This document shows positions 9,175 to 19,266 of a stretch of DNA of 64,000 nt, in pieces (within the stretch, counting starts at the first letter, position 1; each line of letters starts with the position of its first letter). A model generated the notes under the pieces. The model was not told where the DNA came from. It worked only from the letters and a program-made list of their open reading frames with translations, and did not search any database. A program made the position numbers and the translations under genes. The DNA is taken from positions 1-64,000 of the IMG/VR virus record IMGVR_UViG_2518285548_000002; one strand, given 5' to 3'. The DNA comes from a virus. Taxonomy: Duplodnaviria > Heunggongvirae > Uroviricota > Caudoviricetes.

Positions 9175-9417
9175 CTATACCTGATGCATTGCCAAAATAT
9201 CATCTTCAGTAAGGTCAAGGTCAAGCTCAGAAAAACCTCTACATACCTTCTGGAAAGCAGTAAGTGTTTTTGTATTGTACATAATCTCCGTAGGGTCGAA
9301 TCCAAGCATAGCTAAAGAGTCTACCAACTCAGATTGGTCAACCTCCATCCCTTGCAGTGCTTCAATCATTGTTCCAATAACTGCAAGATAGAGTACTGCT
9401 CTGTTTAAATTCTCCAT
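9175..9417 (-). CDS. hypothetical protein
   Basis: ORF. Confidence 0.5.
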   Translation of the reverse strand: MENLNRAVLYLAVIGTMIEALQGMEVDQSELVDSLAMLGFDPTEIMYNTKTLTAFQKVCRGFSELDLDLTEDDILAMHQV

Positions 9418-9617
9418 ATGTTCTGCTCCTTCCGTTTTCTCCGCTCCTCATACCATCCTATAAGGTATATTACTAGGATAACCAGGGTGAGGTGGAAAAT
9501 AACGCGAAGCACCTGTATAAATGAATAATTTGTGATTGTAGACATCCCATATATAAGGAAGCATAACATGCTTACAGGAAATAACTTGGAATAAAACTCT
9601 TTCACAACCAACCTCAT
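9405..9617 (-). CDS. hypothetical small membrane protein
   Basis: Two hydrophobic segments. Confidence 0.45.
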   Translation of the reverse strand: MRLVVKEFYSKLFPVSMLCFLIYGMSTITNYSFIQVLRVIFHLTLVILVIYLIGWYEERRKRKEQNIWRI

Positions 9618-9628
9618 TTATGTATGTT

Positions 9629-10054
9629 TTATTTTCTTTCTGCCTTAACTTCTTCTATTATTTCAGTAACCATCTTATCATCTATAAGCGTGCTTGCTTT
9701 CTCAAGTGCCACTAAGACCCCTTGAGGGTTATCAAAATAAACCTTAAAAAGTATTGGAGCTACATCACTTAATAAAATTCTCTCGGCTTCAACCATACTT
9801 ATTAAGGCAACAACTATCTCGTGCCCCTCAACTTCCTCTCTCATAAACCTGTCCCTAAGGTGGGTAGCTATCGCTTCGATTTGTGCATTTGAATACGTCA
9901 TCTTGATAACCTCCGAGATAAATGATCTTGTTATGCTCTCCCCTTGAGTGTAGTCTAATCCCGCGTTGTCTGAGGAGTCACCAACAATAATAAGACAAGT
10001 GAGGGAAATTAGCAATAGCACCTCGAACACTTCACTTTCTAATATTTCCCTCAA
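9629..10054 (-). CDS. hypothetical protein
   Basis: ORF. Confidence 0.5.
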   Translation of the reverse strand: MREILESEVFEVLLLISLTCLIIVGDSSDNAGLDYTQGESITRSFISEVIKMTYSNAQIEAIATHLRDRFMREEVEGHEIVVALISMVEAERILLSDVAPILFKVYFDNPQGVLVALEKASTLIDDKMVTEIIEEVKAERK

Positions 10055-10065
10055 AAGTCTAAACT

Positions 10066-10212
10066 ACTCATGAACAATGTTCTTACACTTTCGACACTTA
10101 ATTCGGACAGAGCCATTAACATAATCATTCGTCGCTTCGTAGAGCAGGTGGTTACAGTAAGGACACCTATGCTGTTTCCAAACAACCCTTGATAATTTTT
10201 TCGACCTCATTA
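10066..10212 (-). CDS. possible 49-aa zinc-ribbon protein (CPYC...CRKC), overlaps 3' end of next ORF out of frame
   Basis: ATG...CxxC-17aa-CxxC; weak RBS; not in ORF track. Confidence 0.3.
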
Positions 10213-10385
10213 GTCGCTTGAGTGCATTTAATATCTGCACCCACGATCACCTCCTTCCGTAGAGTCTCTTTAGCTTCTAGTATAAATTGATCTACTTCAA
10301 GTAACAACTCTGTATGTGATAACATGTTAGAGGGTTTTCTGTTTCGTAAACAATTCATAAAGGATGTTCTCCTCCTCGTTCGCAT
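10167..10385 (-). CDS. hypothetical Arg-rich small protein
   Basis: ORF. Confidence 0.4.
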   Translation of the reverse strand: MRTRRRTSFMNCLRNRKPSNMLSHTELLLEVDQFILEAKETLRKEVIVGADIKCTQATNEVEKIIKGCLETA

Positions 10386-10433
10386 AAAGAAAAGACCTCT
10401 CGTGTAATGGAGTAGGTCTCCTGTAGTAAACTA

Positions 10434-10973
10434 CTATTTTTCTGAGTACTTATTTGCGAGAAGTTCAGACAACTGTTCTGCCCTTACCTTCGATAAATCT
10501 ACATTCTCCCATTCCTTAGAGAGTGATGAGATCATCCTAGTCATTCGGAGAACACCGTACCTACCCATCATGTTCTGCAACATTTGACGAGTCTCAGACG
10601 AGACTTCAGTACCCGTGACCTCTTGGAAATAGTCAACGATTTCTACTTCCTCTTGAGAGGGTATATGACCAAAACCGAACTTTAGCCACCCGCGTAACAT
10701 CCCGATGACATACGGGAAGTTTCTCTTTTCTACATTTTTCTTAGAAACTACATGAAAGGCTTCGAGAATCCACTCATAAGCAGGAAGACCTCTGTTCTGA
10801 ATCAATCTGTAGTACTCGCTAACTCCCTCTCTTACTTCTGAAGTGATAAAGTTGTACTGCATCAAGTCTTTGAAGATATTGCACAGAACATCTAAAGTCT
10901 CTTTATCTCCATTAGGTTTTCCGTACTTTTCTTCATAGTACTCTCTCAATGAAGTGGCAACATTTTCAATCAT
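10434..10973 (-). CDS. putative DnaD-domain replication protein
   Basis: FPYVIGMLRGWLKFG resembles DnaD C-terminal Y-x3-I-x3-W motif. Confidence 0.45.
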   Translation of the reverse strand: MIENVATSLREYYEEKYGKPNGDKETLDVLCNIFKDLMQYNFITSEVREGVSEYYRLIQNRGLPAYEWILEAFHVVSKKNVEKRNFPYVIGMLRGWLKFGFGHIPSQEEVEIVDYFQEVTGTEVSSETRQMLQNMMGRYGVLRMTRMISSLSKEWENVDLSKVRAEQLSELLANKYSEK

Positions 10974-11079
10974 CTTAAATCTCCTCTCGTAGTATCAGGG
11001 CGAGGGTGTGGACTACCACTGATGCACTAGGGCACCCCTTTCTACCACCGTCCGTAGACAGTGGCAGGGTAGTGGTGTC

Positions 11080-11259
11080 CTAGTTAATTTCATGGAAAGC
11101 GTATTGGAACTCAGACTGATCTTCCATGGGAAGCTCAATGTATCGGTAACGCTGTTCACTGGTGTTCAGTTCAAAAGTCCCGTCAGCGTCTATGAATATA
11201 TCCCCGTACTCAACTCCAAAATGCTCCATGATTGCATCCACTACGCCTACTTTATTCAT
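11080..11259 (-). CDS. small hypothetical protein (59 aa) with strong RBS AAGGAGG
   Basis: Not in track; antisense partner 11092..11283 (+) judged spurious. Confidence 0.45.
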   Translation of the reverse strand: MNKVGVVDAIMEHFGVEYGDIFIDADGTFELNTSEQRYRYIELPMEDQSEFQYAFHEIN

Positions 11260-11354
11260 ACGAATCCTCCTTGTGTTAGTTAATACTTAGATGAAATTAG
11301 TCCTTTAAGACCAGTGTCCCAATACCACCTTTGGTGTTTGTCACACCTTCATAT

Positions 11355-12323
11355 TCAACAGACATCACTCTGTTCCTTTATGAACCGTTCTAAGTCTAGT
11401 GCTTGGAGGGCACGGTTATACATGTCCAAGCCCACCTCGCTGATGAAATAATCTCGGTTGTAATCCTCAAACCACCTAACATCATTCTCATCAACGTACC
11501 CGAACTCAATCGCCTTGTAGCAGACATAGGTAGGGGTCATGTCCGTGCCGCACTCTTTAGGGACCATGAACTCCTCATCCTCGTGCTCACCCTTATTGAA
11601 CCTTATGACAGCCATACCTAAGTCTTGAGCGAGATCGTGGTTAATCGTCCGTTTGTATCCGTAACGGTATATATAGTTCAGCATAATCTCATCGCAAACT
11701 AACTCACCCAATTCACTTAACTCATCCTCTACCCAGGCTACTCGGAGTTCATCAATCTCGTCCTCAGCAACCTGTTCCGATTCATGCTCGGACTCCAAAT
11801 CTTTCAGGTCACCGTTATCGGGGTCATACTTGAATATTACATAATGGTTTCGGAATGACCAATTAGCTTCCTCGTCACTATGCTCCTTGAGGTAAGCAAT
11901 AGCCTCCTCAGCATCTTCCACATCCGTGCAGGTGGAGCCTTCAACTGCTTCGCTACCATCCCATCCGAAGGTAATAGAAGGGTATCTTGGGTCGTAAACT
12001 ACAAATAGCGATTCGATCTTGTAAACAAGAGCAGATTTTTCTTCAAGGTGCTCACGGTATGCTTCTTCTGATCTCCATTCGCTACCATTAGGGGCGGTGT
12101 GGGTACCCGTCACAATCTCGTAATCGGTCATCCATTCATACTCACTGATGTCGGAGGACTTCATAGTGATACTGCTGACAGGAATCCACGCCTGAATATT
12201 ATTGTACTGCACCTGCTTAATCTCAGTCACAATGTAGCTCAGGCTCTCACGAAGTGGTTTTTCATCCTCAGGAATGAAACGGATGAGAGCATTATAAGCA
12301 TTGTCGATCTTGGAGTAAGACAT
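11355..12323 (-). CDS. hypothetical acidic protein
   Basis: ORF; start ATG overlaps stop of an 18-codon upstream uORF (TAATG). Confidence 0.6.
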   Translation of the reverse strand: MSYSKIDNAYNALIRFIPEDEKPLRESLSYIVTEIKQVQYNNIQAWIPVSSITMKSSDISEYEWMTDYEIVTGTHTAPNGSEWRSEEAYREHLEEKSALVYKIESLFVVYDPRYPSITFGWDGSEAVEGSTCTDVEDAEEAIAYLKEHSDEEANWSFRNHYVIFKYDPDNGDLKDLESEHESEQVAEDEIDELRVAWVEDELSELGELVCDEIMLNYIYRYGYKRTINHDLAQDLGMAVIRFNKGEHEDEEFMVPKECGTDMTPTYVCYKAIEFGYVDENDVRWFEDYNRDYFISEVGLDMYNRALQALDLERFIKEQSDVC

Positions 12324-12417
12324 TAGGTTACCTCTTTTCTGTGCTCGGCGGCACTAATAGTGAGGGGTAAGCCCTCCATGACACCCACCACCCGAAGGTG
12401 ATGGGTGGGAGCAGGGT

Positions 12418-12960
12418 TTAACGGAAACCTTCACCAAGTTCTACACCATATACATCGTTGACCCACTCACGAATAGTATCGCCGTATCCAATAAACCCGT
12501 TCCACGTAAGCAGTAGGTTGAATATTTCATCCTTGGGCATCTTCATAATCTTTTTGTCCATAGAGGTGTCGTCACTCTCAAGATCGAGGTTCTGGCGTAT
12601 AGCTTCCATAACCTCATCAGGGTACTCCACAGGCTTACCCACAGGCTTATCCACAGATTTATCCCTCATCTTTGCGTCAAGGGCAGGAAGGAGGATGTCG
12701 GTTACTATACTCTCAATGACCACAGCATCACCACTCATGATGTCATGCTCCTGAAGTTTATAGGCACAATTGGTAGGTTGTGTAGTCTCCATAGATACCC
12801 AATAGTTAGGAGCCGAGATAATGTATACCTCACGGGCAGGGTTATAAGCTATGGATACCTGATACCTGCCCCCCGACCAACCTGAGTCAACCTCTACAGC
12901 TACGGAGATGATCTCCTGTACATTCTTAATTTCCTTTAGTTCCAAGTCAGTTTTCTGCAT
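12418..12960 (-). CDS. hypothetical protein (start trimmed to MQKTDLE with AAGGAGG RBS)
   Basis: Upstream 126 nt of track ORF correspond to the conserved leader element. Confidence 0.55.
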   Translation of the reverse strand: MQKTDLELKEIKNVQEIISVAVEVDSGWSGGRYQVSIAYNPAREVYIISAPNYWVSMETTQPTNCAYKLQEHDIMSGDAVVIESIVTDILLPALDAKMRDKSVDKPVGKPVEYPDEVMEAIRQNLDLESDDTSMDKKIMKMPKDEIFNLLLTWNGFIGYGDTIREWVNDVYGVELGEGFR

Positions 12961-13113
12961 GATAAATCCTCCTTGATTTGAGTGCTCGTGGCACTTGTTA
13001 GAATTGGGTGGAGTGGGGAAGCGGCTTCCCATGGGAGGGGTGTCCCTTCTAAGGGATACCATAGACCACTCCATTGAACAACCCACCTTCAGGTGAGCTA
13101 TTCTAGTAGGGGT

Positions 13114-14160
13114 CTATTCCCAAATCTTTATGGTATCGTGAGGACGTTCAATAAGAAAGTACTGAACGCCCATGTTTCTCAAGTACTTGAGAAAGTCATT
13201 TTCATCGAATATTTCCTGAGCTTGTTTATGACAATTATCAGGGTCAACATAATCGTCCCCATCAGATTCACTCAATGAACTTTCCTTAGCTTTTTCGATT
13301 GCTTGTGATCGAAAGTCCGCAAGGTGCTTTTCCACGATGTCAGGAGTTATATCGGCATTGATGTAAGCGATATTACCATCATCGTCATTCCAAAGGTCAT
13401 ACCAATGACTCCCTGTTGGCTGTAGCAAAGGCTCCCAATGAACTTCCCTAACCCATGCGCTAAACTCGGCATAGAATAGATTTTGCGAATCGAGCGAGAA
13501 CACCACCTCGGTGAAATTCTTGCTTTGTAGGTCGGCTAGAATTTCATAAGGTTTGTCGTTCATACCTTGGTGCAGTCCCAACTGGTAGCTATGCTCGTTG
13601 TACTTCCTGAACCCTGCGGCGATCAGCTCATCTTTGGAGAGGAGGGCGGACTGCACTGCCTTATTGGGATTGTTGATGCATTGATTCAGGTAGTCGTCCT
13701 TGTAGTTTTTATCCTTGAAGCACGAGGTGCATACTTTTCCGTTCTCTATCTGATAGTAAATGTCAGGGGATGATGAGTTGAACTCAATTACCTCCTCACA
13801 CTCAGAACACTTTTCGTACTGATCTGAGAACCCATACTCACCGTATATGTCCTCGAACCATAGCCCATCAAACCCTGCCGTACTCAAGGCTACCTCAAGC
13901 TCTTTAGGAACCGAAAAACCTCCATACGCTAGGCTACCGTAAGTGAGCAACTGATCTAGTTGAACCAACCCTGCTTCACGGTACATTGGCATAACCTGTG
14001 GGGTGAGGGAGCTGACCAAGTGAAACAGTAATCTATTAATAGCTGACCAACCTTCCACAATAGCGAAATCCTCACCATTACGTAGGCAAGGGATAATTCC
14101 GTCATAAAGGTTGTTCTCAGTCATCCATTCACGGATAGTGTTTTTCGTAGGTATAATCAA
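13114..14160 (-). CDS. hypothetical protein with CxxC pairs (start uncertain, TTG at 14160 after AAAGGAGAG)
   Basis: Track start 14232 lies in terminator T-run without RBS. Confidence 0.5.
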   Translation of the reverse strand: MIIPTKNTIREWMTENNLYDGIIPCLRNGEDFAIVEGWSAINRLLFHLVSSLTPQVMPMYREAGLVQLDQLLTYGSLAYGGFSVPKELEVALSTAGFDGLWFEDIYGEYGFSDQYEKCSECEEVIEFNSSSPDIYYQIENGKVCTSCFKDKNYKDDYLNQCINNPNKAVQSALLSKDELIAAGFRKYNEHSYQLGLHQGMNDKPYEILADLQSKNFTEVVFSLDSQNLFYAEFSAWVREVHWEPLLQPTGSHWYDLWNDDDGNIAYINADITPDIVEKHLADFRSQAIEKAKESSLSESDGDDYVDPDNCHKQAQEIFDENDFLKYLRNMGVQYFLIERPHDTIKIWE

Positions 14161-14239
14161 GCTAATCTCTCCTTTACCTTCTCTATACGTGGTATAGGGA
14201 TGGTTGTTTAGTAGCACTCGATAGGTGCTCAAGAAAAAG

Positions 14240-14275
14240 ACCCATCCAATGGTATCGGATGGGTCTCTCTATCAG
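14240..14275 (-). terminator. rho-independent terminator
   Basis: GACCCATCC-loop-GGATGGGTC then TTTTTCTT on minus strand. Confidence 0.6.
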
Positions 14276-14330
14276 CATCTATTCTGTTAAGGGTTACCTA
14301 TGTAGCTACCTAGGGATATTTTTCCGTCTT

Positions 14331-14789
14331 TCATCCGAACACCCATTCTCCGAAGATACCTAATTGGAGTATCACGTCAGAATCACCTGCGTCAAGCTGA
14401 CCTGCGTCTAGCTTCCCATCGTAAACGAAATTCACCGTGTTACGCTCTGCTCGGTTGGCAACAAATAGCTCAAGACCTTTCTTTAGTCCTTCAAGAGTGA
14501 GAGTACCATTGTATTCGCCGCCCTCGTTGTCCTCGAAGTAGATAGTTCCACCATCTAGTAAGGCATGGAAAGCCCACTCTGAGGTGCACCAGTCATGGGC
14601 ATGTGCTTCCTTCTTGTCAGGGATGGTCGGGTGGTTGACCTCAACTTTACCTACCCAGTATGTACTACCACCTTCCCAAGCACCAATCAGGATGCACTCT
14701 AAGTCGTTCAATGTGTAGCTGATCGGCACTGGTACAGTACCCTCAGCCTTGTTATACCTCTCTTCTAACTCTTTACGGTTGATCGTCAT
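14331..14789 (-). CDS. hypothetical protein
   Basis: ORF. Confidence 0.55.
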   Translation of the reverse strand: MTINRKELEERYNKAEGTVPVPISYTLNDLECILIGAWEGGSTYWVGKVEVNHPTIPDKKEAHAHDWCTSEWAFHALLDGGTIYFEDNEGGEYNGTLTLEGLKKGLELFVANRAERNTVNFVYDGKLDAGQLDAGDSDVILQLGIFGEWVFG

Positions 14790-14791
14790 GG

Positions 14792-15508
14792 TTACTCACC
14801 TTTACCTTTCTGTATTTTGTAGGTCTTAGCTTCCTTAACAGCATCAGGGTCGAGGATGATCTCCTTTTCAGGGAACCATCTTACCTCACCGTTCCTTAAC
14901 CTACGGTGATGACCCTTCCGAGTCCATCTGTGGGTGTGACGTTCATAATCTCTCTTTTCCCGTTCCTCAGTAGGGGATGGGGGAGGGGTGACTACTCTGT
15001 AGGTGGTCTGCCTAATGTATACCGTGCGGTTCTTACTTTTCTTACCTTTAACCTTGCCTTTTTTGATCTTGGGTACCTTGCTCTCTTGCTTCTTAACCTT
15101 AACAGTGTTGTCAGTCATACGTTGCATGACTGCCTTGAATAGGTTGCTGAAGTAACGAGCTATATCGGTTAGCTTATCACGATCACCAGGGTTGCGAGGG
15201 GTGGTTAGGAGAGTGATCTCCGTACCTGAGGTCTTCCACTCAAGGATAAGGTCTTCTACAGGCTTATTCATCTTAAAGTGACCGTTACCTGATTGGTCAT
15301 CCTCAAGGTGAAAGATTATCTCCATATCATCCTTACCACCGTAATCTAGGTTCAAGATACCCCTCAGTAGGGGGTACCTGAAGTTGCTAAGGACTCCAAA
15401 TAGTGCGAATACACTGCTAGTAGCGTAGTTCATCATGTCGTACTTCTTACATAATGCGTCAGCAAACTGACCTTCAATCACGACTTTATCATAGGCTGCC
15501 TTGTCCAT
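14792..15508 (-). CDS. hypothetical protein with basic K/R-rich C-terminal half
   Basis: ORF. Confidence 0.55.
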   Translation of the reverse strand: MDKAAYDKVVIEGQFADALCKKYDMMNYATSSVFALFGVLSNFRYPLLRGILNLDYGGKDDMEIIFHLEDDQSGNGHFKMNKPVEDLILEWKTSGTEITLLTTPRNPGDRDKLTDIARYFSNLFKAVMQRMTDNTVKVKKQESKVPKIKKGKVKGKKSKNRTVYIRQTTYRVVTPPPSPTEEREKRDYERHTHRWTRKGHHRRLRNGEVRWFPEKEIILDPDAVKEAKTYKIQKGKGE

Positions 15509-15523
15509 TTAGGTCAATCCTCC

Positions 15524-16003
15524 CTACACCGCTTCATTGTGCCACCGTAGACCACGCTTCTTGTAAAGTGGAACCCAGTGGCTTTCGTAGAAGTTGTACC
15601 CTGCACCATTGATGCCGAAGAAGATACCTAAATCATCGTCATCGTACACCCAAAAGCCACACTCTCGCATGGCTTCGAGACCGCCATGATTTCGTACCCA
15701 GTCAGTATCGAGAGAGTCACCGAACGTCCACATAGTTCCCCACATAGGGAAGTCGCGGGCTTCATGGAACTCGTTACGCCCACATGACATGCAGATTAAG
15801 GTGTCGTCATCTTCATCATCGGAGCTTTCTGTGGTGTATTCAGTACAACCGCAATAGTCACATGTAAGATCAGTAGCAAGTACCTCAATGTGGCTGTCAT
15901 CCAGACCGTAAGGGAAAGTGCGGAGGATGAATGATTGCGGGATAGAGTTGAAGTCCCTTACCCAGTGTTTAGTTGCTTCCAATACATTTTCAAATTTTGA
16001 CAT
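15524..16003 (-). CDS. hypothetical Cys-rich protein (CDYCGC..CMSCG)
   Basis: ORF. Confidence 0.55.
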   Translation of the reverse strand: MSKFENVLEATKHWVRDFNSIPQSFILRTFPYGLDDSHIEVLATDLTCDYCGCTEYTTESSDDEDDDTLICMSCGRNEFHEARDFPMWGTMWTFGDSLDTDWVRNHGGLEAMRECGFWVYDDDDLGIFFGINGAGYNFYESHWVPLYKKRGLRWHNEAV

Positions 16004-16103
16004 CTAAAGTCACCTCATGCTATTTAGTGGTGGCGTTGCTCTAGGCAATCAGGCACCCTATCCTATACCCCACGGCAGGGTGGGGTATGGTAACGGTGTC
16101 CGA

Positions 16104-16976
16104 CTATTCGGTGTATTCTTTTGCCCACTGGCTGATCTTATTCTGAGTGAACCTATCCACCCTGTTGTAGTAGTCATCCCGTGCTTGGGTGCCGAACTTC
16201 TTCTCGAACTCTACCGCCCAATCGTGAATCTCACTCAGGAGGCGGCGGGAGTCGTAACCGTCAGGCATCTTGTCTTGGTTTAGGGCTATCCAAGCACCGA
16301 CCTGAATGGATATGTCCATGATTACCTCGTCCAGTCTTCGGTAGGACAAATCCTTATAGCTACCATACGGCTTCTCTTTGTTGGAAGCCCTTAGGTCAAG
16401 GCTGTATAGATTGTGTTTAATCCTATCCTCCTGAACCCTCGGTGTACCATTCGGAGTGAATCCAATCATTTGCTGACCGTTCTCACCGTGATACTGGATG
16501 TCAACAATCACATCCTTGCGGTCACGCATAATCATGCCGCATACCGTAATGTGGTCACCTGCGGGTAGCTTCATGACTAGGGTGTGACCGTCCTCAACCT
16601 CACCGAAGTCAAGAACAGTGTGGTTATACCAGTTGAAAATAGGGGTACCACTCGATTCAAGCTGATTCAGCATGGAAGGGGAGTATACCGAGGTGGGGAG
16701 GGGCTTGGCTTCAATCATAGGTACAAGCACCGAGTACTCACTATGTAACACTTGGATTAAACCTTCGTCCTTCTTAACTAAAACCTCCTGACGGTTATAG
16801 TCAGATACCTCATACACCTGACCTTTCTTGTAATGACCTATCGTTTTTGTGGTGATAATCTTCTCACCGCGTTTAGCGTTGCGGCTCTCTACGTGGTACG
16901 GAACACCTTCATGGGTGTAGAAGTCCTTGGTCAGGATGATTGCAGGTTCATAATTAGCCAGTTTCTTAGTGTTCAT
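16104..16976 (-). CDS. hypothetical protein
   Basis: ORF preceded by conserved leader element. Confidence 0.55.
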   Translation of the reverse strand: MNTKKLANYEPAIILTKDFYTHEGVPYHVESRNAKRGEKIITTKTIGHYKKGQVYEVSDYNRQEVLVKKDEGLIQVLHSEYSVLVPMIEAKPLPTSVYSPSMLNQLESSGTPIFNWYNHTVLDFGEVEDGHTLVMKLPAGDHITVCGMIMRDRKDVIVDIQYHGENGQQMIGFTPNGTPRVQEDRIKHNLYSLDLRASNKEKPYGSYKDLSYRRLDEVIMDISIQVGAWIALNQDKMPDGYDSRRLLSEIHDWAVEFEKKFGTQARDDYYNRVDRFTQNKISQWAKEYTE

Positions 16977-17078
16977 GAGAACAGCTCCTCATCGTGGTAG
17001 TAGTACTCGTGCTCTTGGCACTCATAGGTACTCCATTGGAACACCTCACCTTTGGGGGGGGGGGTGCCCTAGCAGTGT

Positions 17079-17453
17079 CTATGCGGCTTCAGCTTCCCGC
17101 TTATCCTTCAGGTACTCCTCGGTGTAGTACTCATCAGGTACCTCACCGTTAGCCTGAACAAAGTCACTGTTGGTGTCATGAGTAAGGAACCAAGGGACGA
17201 ACTCAAGGAAGTTCTTGCCGCTCCCTGCGACATCCTTGAACTCTATCGCATCCCCAGGGTAGTATACGATGGTAGGGTTCATGTCGCTGACCGATTGATA
17301 GTAACGGTCAGTAACATTGCCCTCATCGTCAAGCTCAGCTTCCCCGTGAAGTATGGCTTGCTCAAGCTCAAGGGTGAAGCTGTTCAGGCAGGTTACAGCA
17401 TCCCAGTTTAGGTCGTTTCCGTTCAATCCGTATTTATAGCTCATGTTTTGCAC
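17079..17453 (-). CDS. hypothetical protein
   Basis: ORF. Confidence 0.5.
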   Translation of the reverse strand: MQNMSYKYGLNGNDLNWDAVTCLNSFTLELEQAILHGEAELDDEGNVTDRYYQSVSDMNPTIVYYPGDAIEFKDVAGSGKNFLEFVPWFLTHDTNSDFVQANGEVPDEYYTEEYLKDKREAEAA

Positions 17454-17638
17454 ACCTCGTTTTTAAATTTTTTGATGGTTTCACCGCTTTCCAACTGGAT
17501 GAATACTTCCTTCTTCCAGTTGTACTTAGTACCGTCAGGGGAGGGGGCGACCCTACCGTACATCCCTGCATGGTCTCCAATCTCAATACGTACCCTCTCA
17601 TCCTTGTTGAATCTCACTCTCATTCCTAAACTTCTCAT
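17441..17638 (-). CDS. hypothetical small protein
   Basis: ORF. Confidence 0.45.
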   Translation of the reverse strand: MRSLGMRVRFNKDERVRIEIGDHAGMYGRVAPSPDGTKYNWKKEVFIQLESGETIKKFKNEVCKT

Positions 17639-17677
17639 TTTTCTATCTCCTCTTAGCTCAGCTCATCTAGGCTCGTC

Positions 17678-18376
17678 TTATTGCAGTGCATCAAACATAT
17701 GGTGGTACTCTTTGGGGATGTTCTCGGCTATCCCGTTCTCTACAGGGTTGCTACCGTAGAATCCCCAATAGCTATCCTTATCAGTGAGAAATCGGTTCAG
17801 CTCATCCTCACTCAAGTCATCTCGCTCGGCACCGATCAGCTCAAGGTACTTACCCAGTTTTTCGGTGTCTATCTTTGCGAAGGTGAACCCGTACACATCA
17901 CCTGTTAGGTACTGGTCGTATACCTTAACCTCGTTCCTTAGCATCTCCTTAGCCTTGCCACCTTTGAACAGTTCCTCCTCGGTGTAACCTGTCTCGTTTC
18001 GGAACGCCTCTTTTGTGGCATATATCCAACCAATCTGACCACTATCCCAAAGGCAAGAGAACCCAGTTGTGTTCATCGTTATTCCGCTGTGGTCGTACAA
18101 GAACAGGGGGAGGATGACTATATGAGGGTCGATAATCTCCATCAACTCGTAGTCCTTCAGCTCGTCCAAGTCTCTGTCACTTTCGTCATAATCAACAGCA
18201 AGCGACATCAGGAAGTCACGTGGTGAATCATGGGTATGTTTATCACCCAAGGAGTAGCGGCTGTGCCAACAGACCATCTTGCCAAGATTGTCCCAGTTGC
18301 GGGGGCTATCAGGTATTGTGTCCTGTTCAATCACCAACAGAGCCGTATCAGTCATAGCTTTCTTTTTCATAAACAT
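17678..18376 (-). CDS. hypothetical protein
   Basis: ORF preceded by conserved leader element. Confidence 0.55.
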   Translation of the reverse strand: MFMKKKAMTDTALLVIEQDTIPDSPRNWDNLGKMVCWHSRYSLGDKHTHDSPRDFLMSLAVDYDESDRDLDELKDYELMEIIDPHIVILPLFLYDHSGITMNTTGFSCLWDSGQIGWIYATKEAFRNETGYTEEELFKGGKAKEMLRNEVKVYDQYLTGDVYGFTFAKIDTEKLGKYLELIGAERDDLSEDELNRFLTDKDSYWGFYGSNPVENGIAENIPKEYHHMFDALQ

Positions 18377-18455
18377 TCACCTCATCGTATAAGTAGCACT
18401 CATAGGTGCTCCATCGGATACCCCAACCATGGTGGAGGTACCCTAGTAGCATCTA

Positions 18456-18989
18456 TTACACCAATGTCATTTGCTCGGGCTTATCCGACTTCGATAGGTC
18501 GATAGGTGCTTGGGCAGGTGTCTTAGGTACAGGCTTATATACGTTCAGGTTCATTTTGATGGTCTTAAACAGCGGCAGGTTACTACCTGTCTTGGCGATA
18601 AGAATGTTCTTGCCGCTACCCGACTCACCAAGGTCAGAGGTCAGGTCAACCGCAATAGTCAGCTTAGAACCTGCTACCTTGGCAGTACCACCTGCAAAGC
18701 CGATCTCAGCCTTGGCTCCTTTGAAGTCAATCGCAGGTTCTTCTGCACTCTTAGGCAGAGCCTTGTATACATTCAGGTTGATCTTCACACCGCCCGCACC
18801 GATTGGCATATTGGAACCTGTTTTTGCGATAAGGATGTTCTTGCCGCTACCAGATACGCCCAGGTCTTGCGATAGGTCTACCTCGATGATTGCCTTGTTG
18901 TTAGCTACCGATTTTACGATTACGTTTTCCATGTGTACATTCTCCTTTTTGCCCTCAGTGGGGCTAGTTATTTTGGTGCCTTTAGGCAC
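18456..18989 (-). CDS. hypothetical protein with two tandem ~65-aa repeats (IEVDLS..SGSGKNILIAKTGSN..NLNVYK)
   Basis: Internal repeat; paralogous to 20579..20977. Confidence 0.55.
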   Translation of the reverse strand: MPKGTKITSPTEGKKENVHMENVIVKSVANNKAIIEVDLSQDLGVSGSGKNILIAKTGSNMPIGAGGVKINLNVYKALPKSAEEPAIDFKGAKAEIGFAGGTAKVAGSKLTIAVDLTSDLGESGSGKNILIAKTGSNLPLFKTIKMNLNVYKPVPKTPAQAPIDLSKSDKPEQMTLV

Positions 18990-19032
18990 TCCTTTAGGTA
19001 CCCCACGGGTGGGTGAGGTACCTTAGTAGTGT

Positions 19033-19266
19033 CTAATCCATCAATCTTCTCAGCTCAACTTGTAGTGAGTTCAATCGTCTTCCTTGCTCTCTAAGTTCCC
19101 TCAGCTCTAACTCAACTGCATCTATCTCATCTATGCTAACCTTGCCGTTCATCAATCTATCGGAAAGGTTAGCGATCTTGAAACGATTGCTCTCTATCGC
19201 TTTCTCAAGCAACCCTTGGGTACTTGATAAGATGGAGGTGGATCTATCAAGAGTCATTACACCCAT
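19033..19266 (-). CDS. hypothetical coiled-coil protein
   Basis: ORF. Confidence 0.5.
   Translation of the reverse strand: MGVMTLDRSTSILSSTQGLLEKAIESNRFKIANLSDRLMNGKVSIDEIDAVELELRELREQGRRLNSLQVELRRLMD

Noticed and set aside
18406-19026. 206-aa plus-strand ORF
   Set aside because: Antisense to the internally repeated minus gene 18456-18989; low-complexity P/L/S-rich; no RBS; the minus gene has a paralog supporting it as the real one.
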